Shown: positions 13,760 through 27,040, counted from the whole stretch's first letter. The stretch is DNA of 62,425 nucleotides, filler included, from Diploschistes diacapsis (GCA_023645945.1; 15 parts of 15 records of this genome joined end to end with filler, not necessarily neighbours in it); one strand, 5' to 3'. The notes: generated by a model not told the origin, from the letters alone. Made by a program: numbers and translations.

Positions 13760-15058
13760 TTATCCCACACGGGTCGGTATCTTGACTTGGCCTTTTTTCC
13801 TGTCTTGAGCAGGAACACCATATCTTAGGCCTATACCCGGCACGTGTCTGCCCACGCTTGCCTTATCCACTTTAACATCTTCAAACTTGAATTCCCACCG
13901 ACCAGAGAAGATAGTAGTCGTAGTATCATCCTTCCTCTGCTTATTCAACGTCACAGCAGCCCTTCGCGCTGCATCTCCTGCCTCAGCCTTCTCCCACTCT
14001 GCATTGATAAAGTCTTCGGCCACTCTGCCACTTAAGCGTGCTTTTTCTATTGCAACAATCTCTGGATGTTGAATCCGTTGGTCAGCCGGAAGCAGTCCCT
14101 TCTCAAAGGCTTGCCCAGCATCAACTCGAGTAAAGTGGCGTGATTCAGCGACCGGATGAAACAGCTGCTGCACAGTGGTTTTATGTACAGGAAGGTCATT
14201 GATCGACTCATGTGGCTGCGGAGGGTTTCTGAATGGGGTTTGTGGTAGCATGGCAAGGACTGCGCGGTTGTAGGGAGTGGCTAATCGTTTGCCCTGTCAA
14301 TATTCAGCATTTTGCAAGAACGAAAAATCGGTCAGAAGTAAGAAGCACTACTGTCAGAGAAACATTGTAACCAGCATAACGTCTTCAAGACTAATCGAAT
14401 GTTTGGTTTTGACTCATCATGCTAGCGCGACGATAGCTCGGGGAAGACTCACCTCCCGTTCCCATTGCTTCTCAACTTCTTTGAGCCTAACGACGGCAGC
14501 CACTCGCCGCATGTCTATAAGGTACGAGGCACTGACCCTACGCACGCTCATGCCCTTCTGAATGACAAGATGCCAAATGACTTCCTTCAGATCCTCGCTC
14601 AACACTGCTTGGCTCTGAAACTGTTTGTTTCCTGGAAAAGGCACCATATCCTCTTCTGTCTCTCTTGGAATGGCATCCACAGTATGATAGTTCAATTTCG
14701 GTTCCCTGCCATTACCTCGACCTCCATCGATTTCCGGCTCTCCTGCACTTTCCTTAGATCGATTCTCCTCGTCCATCCTTTCCGTCGCGTCTCGCGCTCG
14801 CTTAGCTTCCTTCACGCGGATGAGCCGCCCTTGCGAGTCATACGCGCTGAGATAGTTCGTGGAACCAGGCAAAGGATCTTTGAAAACCGAGCCTGCACTG
14901 TTGAGCCAGCGAAACATTGCCTCTCTTTGTCGGTTCCTTGCATTTTGTCGAGATGTCGAAAAGAGCCTCTTAGTAGAAGCTATTGGATTGGTGGAACATT
15001 TCTTGCACAGAGGAAGAAGGGGGGGTAGCCCGGTCGAAAATTTTGCCATTGAAGTCAT
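13760..15058 (-). CDS. Mitochondrial ribosomal small subunit protein mS45 (MRPS35/Bot1 family)
   Basis: Mitochondrial presequence-like start, PLPGSTNYL, PFPGNKQFQSQ.VLSE, DMRRVAAVVRLKEVEKQW, G.RYGVP.QDRKKGQVKIPT. Exons 15058-14453 and 14293-13760. Confidence 0.88.
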
Positions 15059-15536
15059 AGCATGCAGATGCCAAATATTAGAAGCAGCGCTGAGCGTTAA
15101 GATAGTCGCGAGAATTCCAAGGAAAATACAATGGGTGACGGAAGATGAGCGCGAAAATCATAGTGTACGAATGAAAACAGGCAAAAAGGAGCTCTCTCCC
15201 ATATTAATTGAATTGGCTTGGCATTCTTGGCGTAAGCGCCGATTGTTAAGGGTCGAATAAATAATTATAAAAGCGATTTTAAAACATAAAACAAATATCA
15301 TACCTAATTTGAACTATTAGATTTTTAATTATAAAATTATTTGCTTTTATCTTATCTTTTTATATTATAGATTTGCTATGGTGATCCTTAAACGCTAAAT
15401 AAAATCGAATGCGATAACTATCAGAATATTAACTTAAATACGTTAGTTAAATTGCTTATTAAGCTTTTAATATGTCAGAATACTAACCTAAATAGCTTAA
15501 TCAGATTGCTTACTAAGCTTCTAGCATGTTCGAATA

Positions 15537-15928
15537 ACGTGTTTGACGGGGATTCCGGCCACCCCCGCTAACATTCTACGGTTTTTAGATACAACCTGTT
15601 CGTCGTAAATGGAATCTAATCGATCCGAATCGAATCTATTTTTTTCTTTTTTATCTTTTTCGATTTTAGAAACGCGACGACGTTTTTTACGCGTTATAAG
15701 TCGTTTCGAAATTATTCGACTCGATTTAACCCGAACTGCTATTTTAAAAACTTTATTTATATTAAATATAAAACGACTTTTTAATTCGATTCGTTTGTTT
15801 AATTTACGTTTTTTATAATTATTAAGAAGCGTTTATTGCTCTCGGTTTACTTTACGAAGCGTTATAAATTTAATATACGTCGATTTAAATATACGGATTA
15901 ATCGATTCGAATAGCGTCGAATCGGGTT
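15537..15928 (+). mobile_element. pogo/Fot1-like DNA transposon or MITE end, RIP-mutated
   Basis: TA + ACGTGTTTGACGGGGATTCCGGCCACCCC terminus. Same or related termini at 43789, 49053, 54239 (reverse), 55638, 55972 and 56638. Confidence 0.75.
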
Positions 15929-16173
15929 NNNNNNNNNNNNNNNNNNNNNNNNNNNNNNNNNNNNNNNNNNNNTTAATTAATTAANNNNNNNNNNNNNNNN
16001 NNNNNNNNNNNNNNNNNNNNNNNNNNNNGGGTATCATCAATTATAAAGAATATATACAGTATGTACGTTCGTGAGGACCCGCTGTAGTCATGCAACGCAG
16101 CGCCATGCTAAAGAGCAACGTCTAGATATCAACCAAATCATTCGGAACCCAGGTTTCCCCGTACCTCCAATCA

Positions 16174-18453
16174 CTACTGACCTGCAGGCCGGGGGAACAC
16201 CGGGATGGTGTCGAGGTTTTCCAGACCGCCCATTGTGCCCTGCGACGCCTGCCATCCTTGCCCTGTCTGCTGATTCACAAAGGCGCTCTGTCTGAACGGA
16301 TTGGTGCCAGTCCTCTGAGGCTTGAGCGGCGATGCCGTAGCGCTGCTTGAGAAGGCGGAAGGGGGAGCTGATTTGAAGGGATTCGTGCCAGTTCTCGCAG
16401 GCTGTAGAGGCTGTGCAGCTGGCATAGATTGGACAGATTGAGGCGACTGAAGGGACTGCATAGAGAAGAAGGAAGATGCGGAGGAGGGAGGAGCAGAGGT
16501 CGGAAATGGAGAGACAGCCCCGTTCTGAGCTGCTTGCGGAGAGAAAGACCGGAAGGGATTTGTAGACTGAGAACTTTGTGACGGCGATATGGGCGAGGGA
16601 CTTGTAAATGATTGGCTGCCTGACGTAGTCGGTTGTGGCATCATCGACTGCCGAAACGGGTTTGTGGAACCTGTAGCATTTGGCTGTAGGATTCCACTTG
16701 TCATGGGCGAGCTATAAGACTGTGGTTGGTCTTGAGGGAACGGTTGCGAACCGTTAATGAATGGTGGTTGTTGCTGCTGCTGCAGCTGTTGTTGTGGTCG
16801 AAGTGTGAAGGGTTGCGACTCGCCGGTAACGAAAGGCTGCTGTTGAAAAGAGGATGCTTGACTTTGAGCGAAGTTCTGGTTCGGACTAAACTGCTGACTC
16901 TGAATCTGTGACTGACCAGCAAAGTCTGTGAACCCGGTCTGAACTGGAACTTGAGAGTGCTGCTGCTGCTGCTGCTGCTGTTGCTGAGGGACCATCATAT
17001 TCGCAAACGGATTTGTACCGCTAAAGGATTGACCCTGACTTTGAAGTTCTTGGCCTTGTGGGCTCTGGAATGGTTGCTGCTGAAACTGATATTGCGGAAT
17101 CGTTCGGTCATTGGCGAAATGTGGCTGCGGTTGTGAGCCCATCGATTGCTGGTTCTGCCCTATTGACTCGAAGAAGTCGATCAAGTCAGGTGCTGGACCT
17201 CTTGGCTCCACCTGTGGTGCCTGTGCTTGCGATGGGTTTGGCACACGGCCTGATTTAGCAGAGGTTCCATTGATGTCAAGTTTGCTGAGCTCTGGCGATG
17301 GGTCTTTGGTCGAGCTAGAGGCCTTACCGCTCTTCTTCGCTTCTTTTTGAGCAAGGTACTGACGCCTGTTAATTTCAAAGTCCGGATCATTCAAGTATTC
17401 CTCTAGCGAACTGGTCAAGCCCGTTGGAGCATGCTTAAGTTTCGGTATTTCTAGGCGCGTTGCGTTTTTGTGTTGTCTTGCAACGTTCAAGAAACCCACA
17501 ACTCGATCTGTTTGCTTGCTGAAGGTTTTATATATTTCCAGAGCCCTCTCAGCGTCGGGCTTCGACATCTCGAAGTAGTGTTCTGCATCGGATCAGGTAC
17601 TCTGTTTTACTTCCAGGGTAGGCTATTGGCATACCAAGCAGGTTGATTGCGCCCTCGTTACCGACATGATACAGACTCAACAGGTCCATTGTGAGTAATC
17701 GGAAGGCGGTCAAGGTTATCTCATTTTCGGTCTCCGCAGAGAACAGCTGGCAGGGCCCTATTAGCAAGAACGCGCTCAGTGTAATAGAATGGCCGTACTT
17801 CGCATTTCAGCAGAGCACGTATTTGGTTCTGGACAGCCTCGGTTTGTCTTAGTAAACCTTTGTCAATCGTCTGTCTCTTTAACCGGTCTTTGCCGTCCCG
17901 CACCCAGTCTATATGCGTGTCATGATAAGCTTCGACTCGTTGGATCAGGTAATCGTAGTAATGTCGAATATTCTCGCCCTGGACTTGGACTGTAGTATGG
18001 AGCGCAACAGATCAGCGCTGTACCATTGAAGCTTCGGAAAGGCTACAGAGCCAGCGACGAGATGCCTAAGATACCGTACAGCCTCGCATCTGCGCACAAG
18101 GAGCTCTTATAAACATACCGTCTGAGAAATTACTTATAGCGAGCTTTGTTGGATTCTCTGAAAGATACCTCAACGTCTTGTTGGCCTCTCCTTCCCGTAT
18201 CATCAGGTGCGTGATAATCAGAGCCTTGAAGACGATTGTCCATGTCGAGTCGCGCAGTCGGTTTTGCATGGTTCGGAAGATCTCTGCAACCCCGGCATCT
18301 CCAGCACGGGTAGCCTGCAGGATGTGCTCGACATACTTGGATTTTGGCGCAGCGAGCTACAACAAGTATTAGTGACGATGCCTTCGGCTAAGTGAGCTGT
18401 TCTACCTTGATCTTAGTCCCCCCTTTCACAGACTTTTCGTAGGAGCTGGACAT
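16174..18453 (-). CDS. ANTH/ENTH-domain clathrin adaptor (AP180/Yap1801-Yap1802 family)
   Basis: MSSSYEKSVKGGTKIK start, WTIVFKALI..HLMIREG, YFEMSKPDA, C-terminal DLIDFF and repeated TNPF motifs. Multi-exon. Confidence 0.9.
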
Positions 18454-20125
18454 AATGAACGCAGTGCATGAGACTTTAACAAACGCTCGGAGAATGGCCG
18501 GTTAGTATAGTGTCATGCACGCAATTTGCTAGGTAGTAGGCCGTTGAGCGCTAGTTTTGAGATGAAGAGAAGGGCCGTTGAGCGCTCAAAAGGCTGGCGC
18601 CATGTCGCCTTGAGGCGTAACCTGTTGTGTGGGACAAAACCGGCGCGGGGCGGCTGATGGGGAAAAGAAGCGATACAAAGGATTTTTGCAAGCAAATTAT
18701 GTGGGAAGTTTAGTAGTATGCCATTGGAAGAGACTGTTTCCGTATATGCTCGTTACGCGCTGGAGATGGAGCTTGAGAACAGTGCTGAGCGAGCGGTTTA
18801 AGGTTGGATGCCGGACGGAGCTGAGCTTCACGGAGCTCTGCAAATCAATCAGGTCTTGGCATCGATAACCCACCTCATAGCCGCTACAACAGATGAAGTT
18901 GTATCATTTCTCGCACGCTGCTGAATGATGCTATAATTAAGACGTTGATGCCATTCAGGATCAGTAGTCGATCGGAAATCAAACCAGTTCGCCACAGCAA
19001 TGCATGGAGAGTTACTGCATAAGTATCGGAAACTTCTGGGGCCTCTGAAGGCAAATACTAGGTACTAGGTAATAATAGTATATAGTGCTCAGAGAGAAGA
19101 AGTCCGAAGTTTGGTAGCTATTAAGACTGACGGCGCAATTCCACCGCCCAGGAATTGGGAAGCGTCCCCCTAGCTGCAATACACGATACCAGGACATGTA
19201 TGTTGATGCTCACAAACGCTACTCACGAAGCTCCTAAGGGATAAGTCCCTCCAAGGCTCTCTCTCCTTTGAGTCTCTGAGCATTTGGACCCGCTATTAAT
19301 GAGCAGAGCTACAATCGCGGCTAAGATGCAGTCGCCAATGCTCAGTATCTATAGTGAAGCTTCTGTGAAGATTGTTTATAAGAATGTCGTCACTCTGTGT
19401 CTGGAATCTGGTGAAGGAGTACGAAGGTTTCAATATCCTTAGATAGCCAGCGGGTAGGATGAAGAGTTAATTGGCCCATCAGTTCGTCAAGACAGAAGAG
19501 ACGCCCACAAAGTATCACTAATTTCTTTTTCTTTTTCTTTTTCTGAGCGTGCTTGTCCCTAATCAGATAATGATCTTATTCATTGCCTTGCGGAAGCAAC
19601 AGAGGTTGATAGGGCTGAAACTCGGCCTGTATACCAATTATTAGCACCAGCCTTATCTTGAAGACAACAGAGCTCCAGTATGGTAAAGCGTGCTACCAGC
19701 TAGGTGTTTATCCTCATTTTCAACGAATCATGGTAATGCTTGGTATGATCTGGTGGATGAGCCAATTAGCATCTGCAAATTTGTCTGCTTTTTGAAATTC
19801 TCGGCTTTTGCTTGGCTGAGAGAGCCAGAAAAAGGGAAGAATATACAAACGCGGAAGGGAAGGTGGCGGTCTCGCTTGTTGTCAGCTAAGCCTCATCTGT
19901 CAAAAGGTTTTTCCCCCAGTCATCACAATCACAATCTGCCTGCCTACTAGTTAATCCCCCCCCCATCTCAATCAAATCTCCTGATAAACCCTTCCGAGCC
20001 TCAAAACATACAACAACTTTGTCCCCCACTTTTATCTTATAGTGTTCTATTGCCTAAACCGCTGCTGAACGCTGATCGCCTTCCTACTTGCATCCTATTC
20101 CGGCATTCTAATAGTTACCGCCAGA

Positions 20126-21420
20126 ATGACTTCAGAGGTACGTGCTTTTCTGCTGCCCCACTGAAAGCCTCCGTGCAACTTTGGCGTTTGATCGTCCAAA
20201 GACCCGATATCGTTTGAAACAGAACTCAATAGTCTTTACTGACTGTCCTTGCAGCGTGAAAGGTATGACTGGTCAATGTGTCTGTCCATTGGCTTGGATA
20301 CTTAGCAAGATGCAGCAAAACGTTTCTGGCGCGGCTCTGCGAACAGGCCGAACGCTACGATGGTAAGGGCCTTTGCTAGTTGTTGGGAGTGTTGTAGGCT
20401 GACAGCTTTCTCTTTTAGAAATGGTCACATTCATGAAGGTAAAAACAAGATTGCTCCCGTCCCTGCTGCTCGATGTGCTGACCATGTATAGGAAGTTGCA
20501 AGGGTACGGAGCTAGCTGCAGCGACCCACAGTGCTTCTAAAAGCTCGATATCTAATATGATGACTAGATCGGAGGCGAACTTACCGTCGACGAGCGCAAC
20601 CTCCTATCGGTTGCCTACAAGAATGTTGTCGGCACGCGACGTGCCTCTTGGCGCATCATCTCATCCATCGAGCAGAAGGAGGAATCCAAGGGCAGCGATA
20701 AGCACGTTGGCACTATCCGCGACTACCGCCAAAAGATAGAGAAGGAGCTCGAAGGTGTCTGCGACGATGTCCTGAATGTCCTGGACACTAGCCTCATCCC
20801 GGGCGCTGAGTCTGGCGAGTCCAAGGTTTTCTACCACAAAATGTACGTGGAATGAGGGGAGACGTTGGCAAATCTGACATACTGTATACAGGAAGGGAGA
20901 TTACCACCGCTATCTCGCTGAATTCGCTTCTGGTGAGAAGCGCAAGGTTGCTGCCACGGCTGCCCATGAGGCTTACAAGGTAAACCCATGATTGCCCTGT
21001 ATTAGACCTAAAGCGCAGGCTAACTTGGCCTAGAATGCCACCGATGTTGCGCAGACCGAACTTACTCCAACCCACCCGATCCGTCTAGGTCTTGCCTTGA
21101 ACTTCTCCGTCTTTTACTACGAAATCCTCAACTCGCCCGACCGCGCCTGCCACCTCGCCAAGTCGGCCTTTGATGACGCCATCGCCGAGCTCGACTCTCT
21201 ATCGGAGGAGTCTTACCGTGACAGCACGCTCATTATGCAATTGCTTCGCGACAACTTGACGCTCTGGACCTCCTCGGACGGAGCCGAGCCCGAGGCTGCC
21301 GCCGCCACCACCGAGGCATCAAAAGAGGCAGTCAAGCCTGCGGAGGCCAAGACCGAGGAGCCCGCCGCTGCTCCTGCAGAGGCTCCAGCTGCCGCTCCTC
21401 CTAAGGAAGAGACATCTTAG
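20126..21420 (+). CDS. 14-3-3 protein
   Basis: Spliced [24 protein letters not shown]...[20 protein letters not shown]...[16 protein letters not shown]...[21 protein letters not shown]. Confidence 0.96.
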
Positions 21421-22471
21421 GTTGGCTCTCGGCAGTCACCGCGTTCAGCATGTAACGACTACGGAATGTTTCGGGTTTCGGTCGGAACTGACTAAGCGGA
21501 TTTGGATGTGGTAGCGGAGGCCAATGCACGCCATAAGTGATGACTACCCCTGCGAGCCAACCCCTTTGCAAAACCCAAAAAAAGCTTTTACCCAAATACC
21601 CTTCGCTTGACTTCCTTAAGTTGACAAGTACCACTCCACCACCATGTCCAAAACCCCCTTTAGTTCAGCTCCAGCCGCCAAAAGAACTTTGAACATTGTT
21701 TGCGGGCCTGCACGCTGTTCCTACATCCTCCTTTTCCATTTTCTTCTTATCCTTTTTTCTAGTGCAGATCGTTTGCAATAACACGAGGCCCTTTACCCCT
21801 TACCTTCTCGGTACCAGGGCACTACTTGTGGACTTTGTTGTGTTTTTTTTTTGACGGGAGAGAAAATAGCACGGTTTGGGCGGTGGGATTACTATTCGGG
21901 TAGCCCTCACAGCAATAGGATACTTTGCCTGTCTTTTACTACTTGCTGGCTACGTGCTTCGTGAATGTTCCTCGTGATTTTGCCTGTATGCTACCTGCTG
22001 CGTGCTGCTGCGTGCGAGAGTGCCAAGCTGTGCTGTTTGGACGCGTGGATACTGAAGATGCTCTGAGATGAGGAGGCGAGGAGATGATGGTGCTGGTGCT
22101 GGTGTGGTGTGTTGACCGGGCGGCGGGTGCATCGCAGTTGCCCAACTTACATCCTTATCGGTCGGTCCATCTGTCCGGCTACAATGCAATGTGGTGCAGG
22201 CTGCTCGTAAAACAGGGCCAAGTAATTATTCTGTAGGTAGTGACCATTGCCCTTTCATGTTCCTCCCGTGGATCAGTACACACACCAGACCTTCTACCAG
22301 GCGCTCGATCTTCGGTTTGAAAATTATTTTCCATTTACACACAAGTAAGTACCATCCACCAGACTGAGTACGTCTCGCCCTGTCCCAGCACTCTACATTT
22401 CCTCCCCGCCTGCGCCCGATGCTCATTTCCTGCTACGCAGCTGAAGCTCCCCGGGATGTGTTGAAGGAGTT

Positions 22472-24805
22472 TTAGGGGGAGCGTGGGTTTAGTACGTGGG
22501 TGCTGGATTCGCCGAGGAGGCCGCCTTCTTCTGTGTGGGCTGCGTCGGCGTGGTTGTCCTCTGCGTTGACTTCCTCTGCTTTGCCACCTTCTGACTCAGC
22601 CTCGGCGTCTTCCTTACTTCCCTCCTGCGTTTCTTCAGGCAGCGTCTTCTCCTCGCCTTCCATCCCCGGCTCTGACTGCACCTCATCGTGCCCGTTCGCC
22701 TGCTCGTGGTGGTTGAGATCAGGCTGGTCTGTCTCAGATGCCTGTGACACTTCGCCCTCGTCTATGACCCCTTCGCTCTCCTCCGTGGTACCGGCCAAGA
22801 TATCCAGCTTGCCACTTGCTCCTTCGTTACCTTCTCCGTCGCCTTCACGCGTCGGTGGCGGTGCAGGAGGACTCTCCTTCGGGGCAAGTACTTTGTCCTG
22901 TGAAAACATCGCCTCCATCTTTGACGTGGTTGGCGAGGATGCGTTGGCTTCTTCATTTGATATAGAAGCTGCTTGGGCCGCTGCTGCGAGGCTTATGGTG
23001 TTGAATTCCTTGGCCTCGGGCTTGGACTCTGGGGCCGTCTCCTGAGTGTGTTCTTTCTCTTCTGCAGGCTCCAACGCTGCCTCTTCCGTGTTCCCTCCTT
23101 CCTTCGTTGAGTCGGTTGGGGATACACGTCCATCGGTAGACGCTGGAAGGCCTTCCTTTGCTGATTCTGTACGTCCTTCCTCTGCCGCCGCCGACGCTAG
23201 TAGATCTTCTTTCGATGGCATTGTCTTGGGCTTCGCCTCTTCCTTGGTCGGCACCTCCTTCTTTGATGCTGGTTTCAAGGACTCAGAGGCTCGTGCGGTT
23301 TTCTCCTCTCCCTTCTTCATTTCTGGGCCGAGACTGATCTTTTTCTTCGCCTTTGCTGCCGCTGCTTCTGTTTTGCGGGGAGGGCTATTGGTGAGCGATG
23401 GCTTATCGTGCGTCTTGCTCGCTGAGCTGGTGGTTGGCTTCATCATCCTATCCAAGAAGCCGCCTGCTGCGGGGGTTGTTGTCGGTCGGTGTCCCTGGCC
23501 TGCTGCCCCGGACCCAGAAGCAGAACCTGAGGCAGACGACGGCCGCTTGCCTTTCCCTTTAGTGCCAGCATCATGGTGAGTTTTGCTCGTTGAACTGGCC
23601 GTCGGACGCATCATGCGATCCATGAATCCTCCCTCAGCGGGCTGCGTTGTTGGGCGATGGCTCTTACTGACAGACGCCACGTGTTTCGTATCTTTGGAAT
23701 CTGTGTCATGAAATTTGCTGGCGGAGCTGTTGGTTGGGCGCATCATTCGGGATAGCAAGTCGCTGTCTGCGTCTGAGATGCGCTTACCAGAGGTGGATGT
23801 GCGAGGGGCTGAGCGATCGGCGGAGGAAGAGGCTTTGCCACCCGAAGACGAGAGTTGTGATTCGTGAGTTTTGCTGGATGAACTAGCTGTGGGGCGCATC
23901 ATGCGGGAGAGGAAGTCTTTGTCGGAGGTCTTAGGAACGGTGGGTTTTATAGGAGATTTGGGTTTGGGTTTTGGCAGTTGATTTTCTTTCGGGGCTTTTT
24001 TAGGTATGGTGGCAGGCGAGCCGCCGCTTTTGGGAGACGAGATTCGCGGAAAAGAGACTTTGGACTTGCTTGTAGAACCAGTCCGTGAAAGGTTCTGTTG
24101 AAGCGGAGCAGGCTTCGATGTAGGTTTCTTGGCGACGCTTGAGGACGCTGACGTGGGTGTTTTGGAAGCATTTGGCTTCCCTTTGGCTTCAGGCTTTGTT
24201 GAGCCGATAGGCAGAGAAGGCCTGGAGGGTTTCTTCGAGAGTTTTTGCCCTTTGGAAGCCTCAGGGTTGGCCCCAAATGAAGCTCGGGCATTGCTATTGG
24301 ATATATGCGAAACCAAGCCATTAGCTTTTGCTGCCTCTAAATCCTTTGAGGTGTCCTTGAGCGAACCCTGCGGTGTTGGCTCGGCAGGGTCTTTCGATTC
24401 GGGCTTCTGTTCTTTGCCAGTTTCAGACGGTTTAACCTTATCCTTGTTTGGCAGTTCACGCTCTTCTTCTTCGATTGCGGACTCTGTGGTCTGCAGACTC
24501 TCCGCGTGATTTTCTTGGCCGCCAATTTCTCCCTCTTTGATCTTGCCTGCAGACGATGCGGCGTCTCCAAATTCGCTCGTCTTTCTCATTCCCAGGATAG
24601 GACCGAAATGGCCACTCTTTTCTTGGACAGCAATAAAGCTGCTTCGGACTTTTGACATTGGTCGTGAACTGCTACTCCGAATACTTTCTGAACCAGCAGC
24701 CGGCGACCTCCCTCTGGACGGCGGAGAAGCTTGCTCATTCTTTGCCTCGAACATTGCTCGAATATTACGGACACCGGCGTTCACACTGGCAGATCGATCA
24801 GCCAT
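22472..24805 (-). CDS. 777-aa low-complexity S/K/E-rich protein with four (F/L)x(S/D)RMMRPTxSS repeats; possibly microtubule-associated
   Basis: Long uninterrupted ORF with a VRNIRAMFE N-terminal motif and an acidic C-terminus. Function is inferred only. Confidence 0.75.
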   Translation of the reverse strand: MADRSASVNAGVRNIRAMFEAKNEQASPPSRGRSPAAGSESIRSSSSRPMSKVRSSFIAVQEKSGHFGPILGMRKTSEFGDAASSAGKIKEGEIGGQENHAESLQTTESAIEEEERELPNKDKVKPSETGKEQKPESKDPAEPTPQGSLKDTSKDLEAAKANGLVSHISNSNARASFGANPEASKGQKLSKKPSRPSLPIGSTKPEAKGKPNASKTPTSASSSVAKKPTSKPAPLQQNLSRTGSTSKSKVSFPRISSPKSGGSPATIPKKAPKENQLPKPKPKSPIKPTVPKTSDKDFLSRMMRPTASSSSKTHESQLSSSGGKASSSADRSAPRTSTSGKRISDADSDLLSRMMRPTNSSASKFHDTDSKDTKHVASVSKSHRPTTQPAEGGFMDRMMRPTASSTSKTHHDAGTKGKGKRPSSASGSASGSGAAGQGHRPTTTPAAGGFLDRMMKPTTSSASKTHDKPSLTNSPPRKTEAAAAKAKKKISLGPEMKKGEEKTARASESLKPASKKEVPTKEEAKPKTMPSKEDLLASAAAEEGRTESAKEGLPASTDGRVSPTDSTKEGGNTEEAALEPAEEKEHTQETAPESKPEAKEFNTISLAAAAQAASISNEEANASSPTTSKMEAMFSQDKVLAPKESPPAPPPTREGDGEGNEGASGKLDILAGTTEESEGVIDEGEVSQASETDQPDLNHHEQANGHDEVQSEPGMEGEEKTLPEETQEGSKEDAEAESEGGKAEEVNAEDNHADAAHTEEGGLLGESSTHVLNPRSP

Positions 24806-25841
24806 TGTCCTAGAGAGGAATATCGTTAACCGTTGTCACGCGTTGTGAAGCTCAAAACATACTTCACAGGGGAGATTGAGATCAAGGCAGACGTGTCGAG
24901 ACAAGGGTCAACATCCATAGGAATTATCTCGCTTAACTGCGGGCCGGCATTGGCCCGAGACAAACAAGGCTTGAGAGTTCTTAGAGGCCTCTCTACAAGT
25001 GTCTATTATTCTACAAATCCGAAGGCACTGCTTTGACCTTTAGAGCTCTGGATAAGGCAGGGGAGTATCAACTACAGAACTTAAGGACTACTTGCTGCTT
25101 GAAAAGGTCAGACTTTGCCGTCAACGCCAGAAGTAGGATGCCCGTTAAGCTTAACTTGAAGCTTCTAAGAGCTTTTCTCCTTTTCGCAAAGGCCGGTAAT
25201 TCCTAAGCGAAGCGCAGGACTATATTATTTACAAGACGAATGCAATTTTACAGTGAGGACAGAAACTTGTCCCGAGCTTAGTTTGTCATTATTTAAAGTT
25301 TTGTTTTCAGTTCCAATAATTTTGAAATATCCCGCAGCGCTTATGCTGTTGTTTGTTAAAAGTAGATGAACAAATGCTTGCCTCAGGACCTACTTGCACC
25401 AGGCTTCGCCGACGCTAAAGCCTAAGTTTCTTTCGGGTTAGCTTTCCCGTTAAACCCATTCAGAATATATCTTAGTTATTTGTCATTATTATTCTACCTA
25501 CTTTTAACATACTGTTTTAGGATGAATTGTCAGCTGAAGCTGATTTACTTCTAATGTCCATCAAATGGTCCCCGTAAAAAACTCCTCTGGTCTTTCAGCC
25601 ACACATAATTTCTAATGACATTTCAAATATAAGCCACATCAGCTAAGCCACATTAGAGAATTTCCCACACAAGCATTGTTCCCACCTACTCTAGCTTTTT
25701 GTTGCAATTATAACTTTTTTGCCCATAGCTTTTGACTGAAAAATTTTTTGGTCTGTAGGGTGTCGTTGATGATCGAGATGGGATTTAGCCGCTTTAGGAT
25801 TAAGCCGGGTTGCCAAGCCTGGAATAAGGGAATATTCGGGG

Positions 25842-26123
25842 TGGCAGCAGTAGGAGTCGAGCCCACGACCCGACCCTTCGGTGAAACGTCTTCATTAACG
25901 TGTTTCCCCAGGAAACGGGTCACCCCAAGAAGCGGGTCACAATCCCTGCACCTTCGTATAATGTAGTTGAAAACAGATTTAGTTTCGTACAAATACTTTT
26001 ATGTGTGGTTGTGGGGCTCAAAAGCTCGCTTAAAACTATCTAGCGCAATGACATTATAATGTAGTAACCCGCTTCGTGGGGTGACCCGTTTCCTGGTGAA
26101 ACACGTTATTCGACCATGCCGTC
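25842..26123 (-). pseudogene. tRNA-Leu-like SINE-type copy interrupted by a MITE
   Basis: Minus strand GACGGCA-TG-GTCGAA[TA-MITE-TA]ATGAAGACG...GTGGGCTCGACTCCTACTGCTGCCA. Shares head and 3' tail with 55328-55452. Confidence 0.65.
25898..26106. mobile_element. 209-bp Tc1/mariner-pogo MITE
   Basis: About 43-bp TIR starting ACGTGTTTC(C/A)CCAGGAAACGGGTCACCCCA, with TA duplication on both sides. Confidence 0.9.
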
Positions 26124-27040
26124 ATGCTATTTTATATATTTGTAGCCCGGCCATTTTGGGCCACGGACACGGACACGGACACTATAGCCAAAAATTCCTT
26201 GGCACGGATACATACGGACACGGATATTACACGGAACTTGAACAAGATTCCTTCTCCAGACATCTTTATAGAAGCTGATGAGTCTTCAAGGACTCGGCGA
26301 TCAGCATAGTCTCCTCAGCTAGTCGAAGACACTGATCCGGAATTTGGTCGTCACTTGGGTCTAGGAGCTGAGCATCAACAGAGAGTATTCAAGACAAGGG
26401 TCAGTTACAGAATACAGTTTCGGCTACTGATACAATCGATCACCGTGACCAAGTTGTGGCGTCCTCCCATATATCCAGTTGGGAGGTAACGAGTAAGAAT
26501 TGAGCTACAGGTCCTGATGGTACTTGGAAGTTGGGTTGTTTGATTTTGTCCCAGCATAAACCCGTCGTCTTTTGCCGAGCAGCTGCGAGGCTGTTAACCA
26601 CCGGTAACGCTTACAAGGGCCTGGCATTATCAGTTCCAGTCTGCCTGCCTCAAATGTACAATATGTGTCAAGGGACCTTGCTCCAGTAAAGTGAAGCGTC
26701 GAACAAGTATAAGGTATTGCTTTGGGAGGGATGCGTCTCTACCGCTTTGGCACGCTCAAAAGACTGATCGTCACAATCCATTCCATTACTGACGTGAAAT
26801 CGACCGGTAGACGATTTAAATGCGTATTGCCATTGACACCACTTACGTCTCTATCAGCAACAAGGGCGTGCAGCCAGTAAGCAGGAAGTAATCAAGGCTG
26901 ATGCCAAGTTCGAAGAAATAGAAGAAGTAGTATAAATATATCAACAAGGCCACTCAATGGTTTTGCAAGCTTCACTTCAGAAGGACACCAAATCCTTTCT
27001 TCCCTAGTTGTTTCCACGACGATCTGAACAGGCCCTCGCT

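Noticed and set aside
22500..24848. Plus-strand ORFs overlapping the 777-aa gene
   Set aside because: Antisense shadows of a low-complexity coding region.
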